Virus record (IMG/VR): IMGVR_UViG_3300028897_000717
Coordinates: 1-54,931 of that record
DNA: 54,931 nucleotides
Source of the DNA: a virus
Taxonomy: Duplodnaviria > Caudoviricetes
Reading direction: 5' to 3' (one strand)
Part shown: positions 37,287 through 46,458 of the stretch, piece after piece
Position numbering within the stretch: position 1 is the first letter of the stretch
Layout of the letters: each line of letters starts with the position of its first letter
The notes under the pieces: model-generated
Told to the model about the DNA's origin: nothing
Database searches by the model: none
Seen by the model: only the letters and a program-made list of their open reading frames with translations
Made by a program: the position numbers and the translations under genes

Positions 37287-37756
37287 TATGTACTCCTTAA
37301 CAATCCATACCGCTTCATAAAAAACCTTGCCCTGCTCGGCGTGAGATCCAACTCTCTCGCCACGCCCGCAATGGTGGTTGTCTGCTTGAACGCCTCCTCC
37401 ACGGCCATGCGCACAAGACAGTCAAGTTTTGGTTCGGGCAGGCGTTGGTATATGTTGCTGAAATCCTTCTTGCACCGCTTACTCACATAGAACGGGCCGG
37501 GGTCGCAACTCCTGAATCCCGCCGTGTCTGGTTTGGGTAATAGCTTGCGTTGCTCGCCCGCCTGTAACGTCTGCTGTGTTCTATCGCCCTGCTTTTGAAA
37601 CGTGAACGCAAGGGGCCCTATAATGTTTATGTTTAACCCTGGACCTTCCGTACCCCGAATAACATCCTTGACCGTGGGGAGAATCTGTGTGAGAATCAGC
37701 TTTACATCTTTGTGCTGTTCTATTACTATGTCAGGAAGGCGTTCGGTAGTAGTCAT
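37286..37756 (-). CDS. putative DNA-binding protein with a C-terminal Fis-like HTH
   Basis: EAFKQTTTIAGVARELDLTPSRARFFMKRYGL. Confidence 0.6.
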   Translation of the reverse strand: MTTTERLPDIVIEQHKDVKLILTQILPTVKDVIRGTEGPGLNINIIGPLAFTFQKQGDRTQQTLQAGEQRKLLPKPDTAGFRSCDPGPFYVSKRCKKDFSNIYQRLPEPKLDCLVRMAVEEAFKQTTTIAGVARELDLTPSRARFFMKRYGLLRST

Positions 37757-37907
37757 TTGTATTTCCTACAATCATTTGTACACATGCATACAAACCATTG
37801 CATGTATTTATACAAATATTGAATACGCCCACATAACCAAGCAGTCCATTGCCATTTATGTTCATGGTGTACATAATCACTACAAGTCCAATAAAAATTA
37901 ATTTTTC
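37757..37907 (-). promoter_or_regulatory. AT-rich intergenic region with TGTA..TACA inverted half-sites
   Basis: TTGTA-N5-TACAA, TTTGTA-N8-TACAAA, TGTA-N4-TACA. Confidence 0.4.
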
Positions 37908-38765
37908 TCATTTCAGCAATAACTCCTTTACTTCACCAAAACTAGCAGGTAACTCGCTACTCGTACATCGCACCCCGTGAGCATCCTCTATTATTTCGTG
38001 TAGCTTTTCCCCCGCCCTTAATCCAACATCCCTTAACTCCGCATTCGGGTGTATCACCTTTGCCACGTCCCTTATCCTTGCGCTTGCCATGCTTGGAGTG
38101 AATATCTCCCCGCCCTGCATGCTATCAAGGCACTGAAAGGCGAATTCTGCCGCGTCATTCAGAGATATCCAAAACCGTGTACTGCGCAAATCATGTATGG
38201 GTAGTTCCTTCTTACCTTGGTGCTTTAGTAGGTTGAAATACTCGACAACGTTTCCTCTCGATGTAACAAAATTTCCATATCTAACCACGCTTATAATTAT
38301 CTCAGGGGCATATGCCCTGCATGCAAGTGCCAACTGTTCCGCACACATTTTGGAAGCACCATACAGGTTACATGGACTACACGCCTTATCACTGCTAACA
38401 ATAAGCACCTTTTTCACGTTATTATCTATGGCCATTTCTACAGTATTGAGCGTGCCTATGATGTTGGTCAATACGGTTTCTCTCGGGTTATAATGAGACA
38501 CGTCTATGTGTTTTAGTGCGGCTGTATGCAATACCCAATCAACACCTTTGAGCGCCCGATAAAGCCTGTCCCTATCCCTTACATCGCCTATAAAGTACCG
38601 TATCTTATTCTCAGGGTCAGCAATTCTGCGGCGCATCTTTACCTGTGCATCCTCACCACGGGAATAGACTATGAGTTTTTTGGGTTCCCTGCTAAGTGCT
38701 TTTTCGATAAAGCGAGTTGCTAAACTGCCTGTACCGCCCGTAATTAAAATCGTTTTACCTTTCAT
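37908..38765 (-). CDS. NDP-GlcNAc 4,6-dehydratase (PseB/FlaA1-like)
   Basis: TGGTGS, HTAALKH, SSDKA, YGASK, VRYGN, GEKLHE. Confidence 0.92.
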   Translation of the reverse strand: MKGKTILITGGTGSLATRFIEKALSREPKKLIVYSRGEDAQVKMRRRIADPENKIRYFIGDVRDRDRLYRALKGVDWVLHTAALKHIDVSHYNPRETVLTNIIGTLNTVEMAIDNNVKKVLIVSSDKACSPCNLYGASKMCAEQLALACRAYAPEIIISVVRYGNFVTSRGNVVEYFNLLKHQGKKELPIHDLRSTRFWISLNDAAEFAFQCLDSMQGGEIFTPSMASARIRDVAKVIHPNAELRDVGLRAGEKLHEIIEDAHGVRCTSSELPASFGEVKELLLK

Positions 38766-39775
38766 ACCTCAAACCCACCCAATGTATCTATCACGTCCTG
38801 TATCTGGTTTATTACCGTTGTGTCCTGACTGCCCGCAAACAGTAACCCCACCGCCCGTTCATTTACCGTCCTTGGCGTGTGGTACATTTTGACGTTCAGA
38901 GTTGACTTTGATAATAGCGTGTCTGCCGAGCGGTTGAACAAGTTATTCAACCAGCACTCTTTTGGTGGCGCAACCTCTGTGTACGTTGTTACAAGACTGC
39001 CACTATCCCCTCCCGCACACATCGCCCCCGCCATTAATTGATTGACAAACAATGCATTGCGTCCGTTGCCATAGTCCACCTTAACGGTCACGTCCGTCTG
39101 TCGTATTTCGTCTATTGTATGTCCCGTGGTGCGCCCGTACTTTTGCACCTTCATGCCCAAGAACGCCTTACGGGTATTCACCACCTCGCCTATCTCAAGC
39201 ACCCTGTCATCAACAAACTCAGGTGTTGCCCACGCAAGGGCAGCATCCACAAAGTTTACACCCCCATCAAAGTATATCTCCTTGAAGCTGTGGAGGTGCG
39301 CTATCACGTCATCAGAATTACCATGATCGTAAATCCCCGGTTGCAGGATGGGATCCCCTATGTTGGCATTATTCTCTGCGGCGAGGATATGGTTGTTGCT
39401 CAGTATCATGGGTTTTCCGTCCTTCATTACCCACATTCCGAGGGTTCCTGCAGTGATGGCAGGGTGACCTATGCTTACGCCCCCAGGGGCGGGACGCCAT
39501 CTATCCTTCGGGTTTGCCTGAATGGTTTTTATCACGCCCGTTTCAATAACGTCCGTTCTAATATCATCACCCAAATCCTTGGGTACAATTTCATCTGGTT
39601 TTAAGTCCTGTGGAGGAATCTTTTTGCTTACCCCGACCACAACGCACAACTCATCTGTGCGCTTACCGCCCATTTCCTTGTATCCTATGCCCACGCTAAC
39701 CACGTTGGGTTTCCCAAGCAGTGTGTCTGCCCACGCCTTTTTTGCTATACGCATTTCATTTATGCTTTTGTTCAT
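38762..39775 (-). CDS. trypsin-like serine protease (Nal1-like)
   Basis: AGTLG, LSNNHI, VDAALA, GRTTG, GGDSGS. Confidence 0.85.
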   Translation of the reverse strand: MNKSINEMRIAKKAWADTLLGKPNVVSVGIGYKEMGGKRTDELCVVVGVSKKIPPQDLKPDEIVPKDLGDDIRTDVIETGVIKTIQANPKDRWRPAPGGVSIGHPAITAGTLGMWVMKDGKPMILSNNHILAAENNANIGDPILQPGIYDHGNSDDVIAHLHSFKEIYFDGGVNFVDAALAWATPEFVDDRVLEIGEVVNTRKAFLGMKVQKYGRTTGHTIDEIRQTDVTVKVDYGNGRNALFVNQLMAGAMCAGGDSGSLVTTYTEVAPPKECWLNNLFNRSADTLLSKSTLNVKMYHTPRTVNERAVGLLFAGSQDTTVINQIQDVIDTLGGFEV

Positions 39776-40183
39776 CTAATCCTCCAGCAACCCCCATGCT
39801 CGAATTTCTTCATTCGTTAATTTTCTTAAAGCTCGTCCTTTTAATATGATTTTTCGCCTAGTTTCTTTTTCTTCTTTTACACGTCTAGCATCCCACTCTT
39901 GGTGTCTTTCCCACCATCCTGCTAATTTTCTTGCAGTTTTATTGTGAGCATCATATATAATATTTTCAACTTCATCCTCTGTTAGAGACCTACATGCTTC
40001 ACATAACATTTTTGTAGCCTCATCTAACCTATTAGTATTCCCATAATAATGATTTGCGGCTTCATGTACCCATTCTGGTATTTCTTTATTAATTTTGGGG
40101 TAAATATATTCCAATAATTCACATACTCTTATTGATTCGAGTTCTTGTCCACTCGCTTCTAAATAATCGCTTTGGCAAGGCAT
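39776..40183 (-). CDS. hypothetical phage protein
   Basis: AAGGAG RBS; MPC..D...LC...WW..HQ..D pattern. Confidence 0.7.
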   Translation of the reverse strand: MPCQSDYLEASGQELESIRVCELLEYIYPKINKEIPEWVHEAANHYYGNTNRLDEATKMLCEACRSLTEDEVENIIYDAHNKTARKLAGWWERHQEWDARRVKEEKETRRKIILKGRALRKLTNEEIRAWGLLED

Positions 40184-40197
40184 AATTCATTCTCCTT

Positions 40198-41223
40198 TCA
40201 CAAAATTATTTTTATTGTTTTACACACTTCCAATATATCCTTTTCCTCACATCTTGTGCTAACGGGAAGGCAAAGCCCTCGCCCATAGATATCCATGCTG
40301 TTCGGGTATTTTGTCAGGTCGGGTTCACAATATACTCCCTGCATGGGTAAGGGTTTGAATATTCGGCGTGTAGGCACACCATTTTCCTCTAGTTTGTATT
40401 GCAACCTATCCGCAGGCATTTCAAATGTGGCCGCCGTATACCACCAATTAGGTGAGACATGTTCCCCTATCGTTTCCTGAAAGCAAGCAACTTTACTTAG
40501 CTCGTTTCGATAAATTAAATTGAACTTCCTTTTTTTCGCAACGAACTCGTCCAGTCTGTGTAGTTGTGCCAACCCCATTGCGGCACTCAACCCCGTCATG
40601 CGGTAGTTGTATCCCAATATGCCCAACTCATTGTTTGTGCCGGGGTAGACCATTTTCCCGCCAACGGGAACGCCCACCAACGCTCCGCCCCCGCCCGTGG
40701 TGATAATCTTGTTCGCATTAAAACTAATAGCTGAATAGGGGAGGGAGCACACATCCTCGCCCCCGTTTATCGTTGTACCTAATGCTTGGCAGGCATCCCA
40801 TATCACTTGCGCTTCTGGGTTCTGATAATACCATGCCGAATCGCAAGGGTTGCCGTACAAATGGACGGGCATGTAGATATCGGCATCGTTAACCTCGTCA
40901 ACCTCCATTAACCACGTATCGGGATTCACGTCATGAAATTCAATCTTTAGTCCACAGTATTTTGCAACATTCGCTGTAGCGGGGAAAGTTAATGCGGGCA
41001 AATGTACGGTCTGGTAATCATATTTTTTCATGCATAGCAGGGCAAGGTGTAACGCCGCCGTGCCAGAATTGGTACACAACACATCACTTCCCAATCGCAA
41101 CCCAAGTGCCGCCTCAAACACGTCAATTGGTTCACCTATTGTAGATATCTCACCATCCAGTATTGCCTCGGATACGTTTTGACATTCAAGTTCGCCTAAG
41201 TTGCATTTATCCAGATAAATCAT
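40198..41223 (-). CDS. DegT/DnrJ PLP-dependent sugar aminotransferase (LegC-like)
   Basis: NSGTAALHLAL, PVHLYG, DACQALG, SFNANKIITTGGGG, GYNYRM. Confidence 0.93.
   Translation of the reverse strand: MIYLDKCNLGELECQNVSEAILDGEISTIGEPIDVFEAALGLRLGSDVLCTNSGTAALHLALLCMKKYDYQTVHLPALTFPATANVAKYCGLKIEFHDVNPDTWLMEVDEVNDADIYMPVHLYGNPCDSAWYYQNPEAQVIWDACQALGTTINGGEDVCSLPYSAISFNANKIITTGGGGALVGVPVGGKMVYPGTNNELGILGYNYRMTGLSAAMGLAQLHRLDEFVAKKRKFNLIYRNELSKVACFQETIGEHVSPNWWYTAATFEMPADRLQYKLEENGVPTRRIFKPLPMQGVYCEPDLTKYPNSMDIYGRGLCLPVSTRCEEKDILEVCKTIKIIL
40655..40670. repeat. 16-bp palindrome copy 7, TTCCCGCCAACGGGAA (intragenic)
   Basis: Exact arms. Confidence 0.9.
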
Positions 41224-41432
41224 ATTTCTATATCAAGTATGGGGCAATAATATTCACATTCCCCGTTCTCATAGGGATAACCAATAAAATAACTCTGGTA
41301 TTTTTCATCTGGGGTTGCCAAATAACGATAACAATTTTCGCGCAGTGGACAAACTTCAGGTTCCGTAATACCTATTTCTATTGATATTTCAAATTGAGAA
41401 TTATCCCCTCTACACATTGTTATATCAACCAT
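41220..41432 (-). CDS. small Cys-containing phage protein
   Basis: DITMC...CPLRENCYRY..QSYF..CEYY. Confidence 0.7.
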   Translation of the reverse strand: MVDITMCRGDNSQFEISIEIGITEPEVCPLRENCYRYLATPDEKYQSYFIGYPYENGECEYYCPILDIEI

Positions 41433-41595
41433 TGTTTCCCTCTTCTAGCTTTCGTACCTGTGCATCAAACCATTCTTCTTGTTTACGTTTGCGTTTCTCG
41501 TAGGCATTTATCCAATCTATTATTTCATTAATTTTTTTCTGACATTCATTTATCTTGTTATCAACATGACTCCAAACGTAGCTAATTTTTTCCAT
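41425..41595 (-). CDS. 56-aa hypothetical coiled-coil protein
   Basis: Manual translation MEKISYVWSHVDNKINECQKKINEIIDWIN...; fills the gap and overlaps both neighbours. Confidence 0.55.
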   Translation of the reverse strand: MEKISYVWSHVDNKINECQKKINEIIDWINAYEKRKRKQEEWFDAQVRKLEEGNNG

Positions 41596-41845
41596 CCATC
41601 ACCGCCTTCATCCCACCTAAGCACCTTGGACACTCCTGCCTTGCCTCATCAAGCGTGAGCCATTGCGTGGGTTTGGGTTGTTTATGTTGACAACCAGTAA
41701 ACAACCATACTAATAGCAATACTGGAATGCCAATCATTGCCACAGTAATAAGCCAATTAATGAACCTATTCCAATAATGGTTCTCAATTTTTACAATTTT
41801 ACCGTTTTCTTTTGTAATAGTCCGCCCAGACCTATATATATCCAT
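41582..41845 (-). CDS. hypothetical membrane protein
   Basis: One hydrophobic segment ending FTGC. Confidence 0.6.
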   Translation of the reverse strand: MDIYRSGRTITKENGKIVKIENHYWNRFINWLITVAMIGIPVLLLVWLFTGCQHKQPKPTQWLTLDEARQECPRCLGGMKAVMDGKN

Positions 41846-42951
41846 TACGTTTGCCTCCTTACCTTCACAAACTCTTCCTTCAACCTAAAAGGTTTACTCA
41901 CCACCACACCCTGCACCTCACGTGGCGTAAAATCCCCTGTCTCCTCTATCAAGTCCCAATTTGTGTGCTCGCGTATCACGTTCCAATAGTCCTTGTCGCT
42001 CATGCCGAAATAGTCGAGGAATTCTTTGTGATGTTCTATGGGGTATTCGTCATCGTACATCTCGCACTGTAAAATACATATGTCTCGTGTTTCAAGTTCA
42101 GCCCTGATAAGTATGCTTAAATCACTCGTGGCACGTCCGAAGCCGTATTTTACAAATTGGAGGTACTTATGAATCGACTCAAGGGAATCCGATATCTGGC
42201 ATCTTCTTTCTAGTGTACCAATACTTCTGACTGGTCTAACTTTCATGCCTATTGATTCAGCAAATGCGGCATGCTCTAGGGGGTTCCAATTTTCGAAATT
42301 GCTCCATTGTGTAAAAAATATCTTATCAAATTCGTCATCTGTTGGCATATCCCAATCAAGATGGTCATAATAATAGTGCTTCATTAACCATTCTTTCGAT
42401 ATGGGGTCTCGCCAATCTTTCTGCTCATTCCCTGAATATTCGACTTCACCATCTTCCCCGTAAACACAAATCGCTTGTTGCCCTAGTTGTGCAGTTTGAT
42501 TGATAACCACGGCAGACACGGCGGTTTCCCAAGGGTGTTTTGGCCTCCCCTGTTCAACAAAATATTTCCTAGCAAGGGATCGGTACTTTTCTTCTTTTAA
42601 CTCAATATTAATGCGCTGCCATGATCGACACATGTTTTCTCTGTTCCATTTCCCTATTTCAGTTTCCATGTGTGGCAAAACAATCATGAGTATAGGGTCT
42701 GCCCACCCCATTTTCTTTACTCTGTATGCAACCCAAATAGAATCCTTTCCACCACCGAAAGGTATAGTTGCAATAGGGTGCCTATTATGCAAAGAACGAA
42801 AATAATTCTGTCTAGCATTCCAATCTATTTCTTTCTTCCTTTTAGCCCAGGTACATGCTCCACAAATTTGTCCATCATACCAGGTGATGCGTGGTCTCGT
42901 ACTGGGGGTGAGGCATGATTTACAGAAAAAAACTTCGCTGCTTTGTGTCAT
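41845..42951 (-). CDS. N-acetyl sugar amidotransferase (WbpG/PseA/PtmG-like)
   Basis: CKSCLTPSTRPRI..CGAC, GGKDS PP-loop, YGEDG, KYGFGRAT. Confidence 0.85.
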   Translation of the reverse strand: MTQSSEVFFCKSCLTPSTRPRITWYDGQICGACTWAKRKKEIDWNARQNYFRSLHNRHPIATIPFGGGKDSIWVAYRVKKMGWADPILMIVLPHMETEIGKWNRENMCRSWQRINIELKEEKYRSLARKYFVEQGRPKHPWETAVSAVVINQTAQLGQQAICVYGEDGEVEYSGNEQKDWRDPISKEWLMKHYYYDHLDWDMPTDDEFDKIFFTQWSNFENWNPLEHAAFAESIGMKVRPVRSIGTLERRCQISDSLESIHKYLQFVKYGFGRATSDLSILIRAELETRDICILQCEMYDDEYPIEHHKEFLDYFGMSDKDYWNVIREHTNWDLIEETGDFTPREVQGVVVSKPFRLKEEFVKVRRQT

Positions 42952-43783
42952 ACTTGAAGCCGTATCTTTTATTCATGATGGACCTATAAAATCCCTTATG
43001 CCATTCTCGGCGCACATTTGCCCTTAAATTACATTGACCACATAAGGATATCAAATTAGTTGGTGCACAGTTTTGTTTATCATAATCTATGTGATGCAAA
43101 ACTATTAGAGTGTCCTTATGTTTGCAATATGGGTTTAAACATTGATTGCCATCACGCTCCTTGAGTTCGGATTTATATTCTTCATCTGTCCAGGCGTTAC
43201 AATATTGGAGTGACTTGGTTCCGCCATTCCATGCGGTATTGTTCGGTCCACACATCCACGCTGAACGGCATGAGCGGTCGCAAAAAAGATGGGCGTATTT
43301 CTCTATATATTTAGGTAACCTCTCAATTGTTTTCCCGCAACATTCACATTGCACTTCAATTAAAGTTGTACGTGCTCTCGCTAAACAATCCTTGCTACAA
43401 AAATGTTCATCATATTCATTGAATTGCGATTTCGACCGTCGTAGTAATTTCCCGCAATAACCACAATTAGTTTTAATTGGTCCACCGTGCCAATTCGGGT
43501 TATTCTCCGGGATGCTCTCCCACTTCTTAAAGCACCCCACACTACAAAACCAATTATTTGTTTTCTTATGCTTCAGTCTAAATTTGCCAACTTCAAATTT
43601 AACGCCACAATTAGAGCATACAACAGATATCTTTCTTTTAGGTTTTTTCCTATCAATGCTCATTAATTTATTTTTACATTGTTGAGAACAAGTTCGCCGT
43701 ACTTTAGTATTATAATGATTTTGTATCCATGCAAAATAATCACCGCAAATTTCACATGGTATGACCATTAACTCCTGTTTCAC
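42920..43783 (-). CDS. HNH homing endonuclease with Cys repeats
   Basis: CxxC..FCS..C repeats; HHIDYDKQNC..NLISLC..CN. Confidence 0.85.
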   Translation of the reverse strand: MKQELMVIPCEICGDYFAWIQNHYNTKVRRTCSQQCKNKLMSIDRKKPKRKISVVCSNCGVKFEVGKFRLKHKKTNNWFCSVGCFKKWESIPENNPNWHGGPIKTNCGYCGKLLRRSKSQFNEYDEHFCSKDCLARARTTLIEVQCECCGKTIERLPKYIEKYAHLFCDRSCRSAWMCGPNNTAWNGGTKSLQYCNAWTDEEYKSELKERDGNQCLNPYCKHKDTLIVLHHIDYDKQNCAPTNLISLCGQCNLRANVRREWHKGFYRSIMNKRYGFKYDTKQRSFFL

Positions 43784-44370
43784 ACATTTTCCCCATTCTT
43801 CACAACCGTGTTCTCATTTATCCTCGCCATCAGAAACACTGTGGCGTTCATTCCTATCAAACAATCGTTTCCTATTATTGCCCCGCCCCCTATGGTCGCC
43901 CCTGGCCCAACGTGAACGTTGCTCCCCAATCTGCAATCATGGCTCACTATTGCTCCTGTGTTTATCAGACAGTTATCGCCTATCCTCGCCCCCGTCTGCA
44001 CTATCGCCCCCTCTAGCACCTGACACCCTTCACCAAATATTGCACTTTCTGACACTACGGCGGAGGGATGTATCAGGGTTGGTAATTCGTATCCCGCCTT
44101 TTTTAATCGCCTGAACACTTTGCGCCTGACCAAATGTTTCATCGCCCCACCCACTCCGCACGTTCCCATGTGGTATCCCTGCTCATACCAATATTCTAAG
44201 TCTGTACGGTCGCCGTCCTGATAGAATACCATGTGCCATGTGGGGGAGTTTGCCAACAAGAGGTCTTTCACCACCATGGCGTGACCGCCCTTGCCGTATA
44301 TTAATATCTTATTCGGAAGCCAAACGCTTGACAGCCTCAATGATATCCTTCCTCCCTGGCAACACCTCAT
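43780..44370 (-). CDS. NeuD/PglD-family sugar acetyltransferase (start uncertain)
   Basis: IYGKGGHA, LIHPSA, hexapeptide repeats, VSHDC. Confidence 0.9.
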   Translation of the reverse strand: MRCCQGGRISLRLSSVWLPNKILIYGKGGHAMVVKDLLLANSPTWHMVFYQDGDRTDLEYWYEQGYHMGTCGVGGAMKHLVRRKVFRRLKKAGYELPTLIHPSAVVSESAIFGEGCQVLEGAIVQTGARIGDNCLINTGAIVSHDCRLGSNVHVGPGATIGGGAIIGNDCLIGMNATVFLMARINENTVVKNGENV

Positions 44371-45211
44371 TCTCTAGTTTCATTGAGCACGGCACTATGC
44401 CATCGTTCCCCAAGCGCATTGCCTTCTTGAGTATCCCCCGCTCCGCGCATTGTGCTATTGCCTCTGCGCCTATGCTTGCGAATGGGGTGCCTTCTTCTAC
44501 CGTTAGCAATTTGCCCGTTTTCCTTACAGAGTCAAACAATACATCTCCCGCCAACGGGAAAATGCGGGTAGGACATATAATATCCGTAGTTGTTTTATTC
44601 CCTATTGCATCAAGCACTTCTCTCAACATTTCGCCATATGTAAATATCGTCATGTCCGAATACGGATAGATGTAATTGTTTTTAAGTACAATGTCCTGTT
44701 CATATAATGTCTTGTATTCAAATACTATTTGTGGAGTTCTCTGTGGTTTGTATAACCCCAAAAAATATGTTTCCCTGTTTATGGCATATACCTTTATATT
44801 GGGTATCCCCACAAAGAACCGCTCAAGACTCTGACTGTGCGTGGGCCCGTATCCCCTGCGCCCGCCCATCGGGGTGCGTATCACTATGGGCAGGTCTATC
44901 CGCTTGCCGTACATTTCGGGTATCTTGCTCATGTGGTTTAGCAACTGGTCTAGGCAGAGTGTGAGAAAATCGCCCATCATGATTTCAAGAATTATCTTGT
45001 GCCCGTTTAATGCCAAACCTATTGCGAGGCCCGTTATCGCCTGTTCGCTTATAGGGGTGTTGAGTACTTGAGTTGGAAATTCGTTCACTAGTCCCTTGGT
45101 GACCCCGAACGCCCCGCCCTGTGGTGAGGCAACGTCTTCACCCAGTAATATGCATTGCGGGTCGGAGAGTTCCCGCCTAAGTTCGTTGCGTATGGCGTGT
45201 TTTATTTTCAT
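44309..45211 (-). CDS. TPP-dependent dehydrogenase E1 beta-like subunit
   Basis: LGEDV, NTPISEQ, GPTHSQ, VEEG. Confidence 0.9.
   Translation of the reverse strand: MKIKHAIRNELRRELSDPQCILLGEDVASPQGGAFGVTKGLVNEFPTQVLNTPISEQAITGLAIGLALNGHKIILEIMMGDFLTLCLDQLLNHMSKIPEMYGKRIDLPIVIRTPMGGRRGYGPTHSQSLERFFVGIPNIKVYAINRETYFLGLYKPQRTPQIVFEYKTLYEQDIVLKNNYIYPYSDMTIFTYGEMLREVLDAIGNKTTTDIICPTRIFPLAGDVLFDSVRKTGKLLTVEEGTPFASIGAEAIAQCAERGILKKAMRLGNDGIVPCSMKLENEVLPGRKDIIEAVKRLASE
44545..44560. repeat. 16-bp palindrome copy 8, CTCCCGCCAACGGGAA (1 mismatch, intragenic)
   Basis: 15/16 match to the consensus. Confidence 0.8.
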
Positions 45212-45444
45212 AGTTTTTCTAGCTTTTTGCCACACCACGGACAAAACAACCATTCTCTTAGGTATGCTTCATTCGGAGCAATAAATACACCTCTTGCTTG
45301 AGGATGACTTAAATGTTTTATCCATCCATCACATCGACAAAATGTTATGCTAATTTTATCTTTGCTGTTCAAGCCAATCCTCCGCCCACAGGCGTTCCAA
45401 TTCTTCTTTGCTTCTTGTCTCCTTGCCTCTACTGTGGGGGCCAA
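45208..45444 (-). CDS. small Zn-finger hypothetical protein (start uncertain)
   Basis: FCPWCGKKL; fills the gap between E1 alpha and beta. Confidence 0.45.
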   Translation of the reverse strand: MAPTVEARRQEAKKNWNACGRRIGLNSKDKISITFCRCDGWIKHLSHPQARGVFIAPNEAYLREWLFCPWCGKKLEKL

Positions 45445-46120
45445 GACGGTTTTTCCAAAATTCCATTATATATGGTTCTTGATTTACTCTTGATAATTGA
45501 ATATTTGCTTTGATTTTTCTTGGCCATTCATTTGGATAACTATCATAAAATTGGTGCCACATTCCAAAGGTATCAGCGATATTACCTATAACGGGATAAA
45601 ACTCTTGTTGTTGTGTATACATTGCCCATGCATTGGCTTCGATAACAATAATTAATGGAACCTTAAAGGCATCAATAAAATTCATCGTCTCATACACCAC
45701 TCCCTGCCCCATCGTGCCATCCCCGATAAAGCATACCACAACGTTTTTCTGCTTGCGTCGCTTGAACCCCATAGCCACGCCCGCTGCTATTGGCACCATT
45801 CCCCCCTGTATGCCATTGGAGTAGAATCCCTCAGCGTGTAAGTGCTGGCTTCCGCCTATCCCTCCACAACACCCATTTGGTTTTCCTTTGAGTTCGGCAA
45901 GCAACCCGTCAAAATCGCCCGTCCATGCAAGATAGTGCCCATGCCCCCTGTGGTTGCTGAATATCACGTCACCCTTCTTTAAGGCGTTCATCACGCATAC
46001 GGCAGTCCACTCCTGACCCAAACATGTATGAAACGTGCCGGGGATAGTCGGGTCGGCAAGAATCTTTTGCTCAAAGTCCCGTATGGCAAGCGCCTGTTTT
46101 ACCAAGTCCTCATGTTCCAT
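45356..46120 (-). CDS. TPP-dependent dehydrogenase E1 alpha-like subunit
   Basis: GQE, NHRGHGH, GGSQH, GDGT...N, HS. Confidence 0.9.
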   Translation of the reverse strand: MEHEDLVKQALAIRDFEQKILADPTIPGTFHTCLGQEWTAVCVMNALKKGDVIFSNHRGHGHYLAWTGDFDGLLAELKGKPNGCCGGIGGSQHLHAEGFYSNGIQGGMVPIAAGVAMGFKRRKQKNVVVCFIGDGTMGQGVVYETMNFIDAFKVPLIIVIEANAWAMYTQQQEFYPVIGNIADTFGMWHQFYDSYPNEWPRKIKANIQLSRVNQEPYIMEFWKNRLGPHSRGKETRSKEELERLWAEDWLEQQR

Positions 46121-46458
46121 CTATCTATTGCTTCCTCTTCGTTTACCGCACGGGCACCAAGCGCACCGCACACTTTACACTTTACCCTGAATCCCGTATC
46201 TGTTGCCTTGAGTACGTGTGGGTTGTTGACAGTCAGTAGGTCAATACCTAACTCAAGTGAGGCACAAAACGGGCAGGGGTCTGTTTTCACCTTCACCCCC
46301 GTTGGCCAATGGCGTTTTTCAAATTGCGCTAGCATGAGTTCAAGTTGTTCATGCTCCTCCCGCTCTGGTGTGGTCCATCGTTCCTTGTCGTGCAGTTCCC
46401 GTCGACGGGAAACCTTTTCATGATATTCCTTCTCTGTTTTAATCGGTTCCATAATCAT
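46099..46458 (-). CDS. HigA-N-like domain fused to a Lar-like Zn ribbon
   Basis: PIKTEKEY...FEKRHWP; PCPFC...VKCKVCGALG...EEAIDRWN.R. Confidence 0.6.
   Translation of the reverse strand: MIMEPIKTEKEYHEKVSRRRELHDKERWTTPEREEHEQLELMLAQFEKRHWPTGVKVKTDPCPFCASLELGIDLLTVNNPHVLKATDTGFRVKCKVCGALGARAVNEEEAIDRWNMRTW
46396..46411. repeat. 16-bp palindrome copy 9, TTCCCGTCGACGGGAA (intragenic)
   Basis: Perfect palindrome. Confidence 0.9.

Noticed and set aside
44309-46120. Pyruvate dehydrogenase as a central-metabolism auxiliary gene
   Set aside because: No E2/E3 present, and the context is sugar-nucleotide biosynthesis
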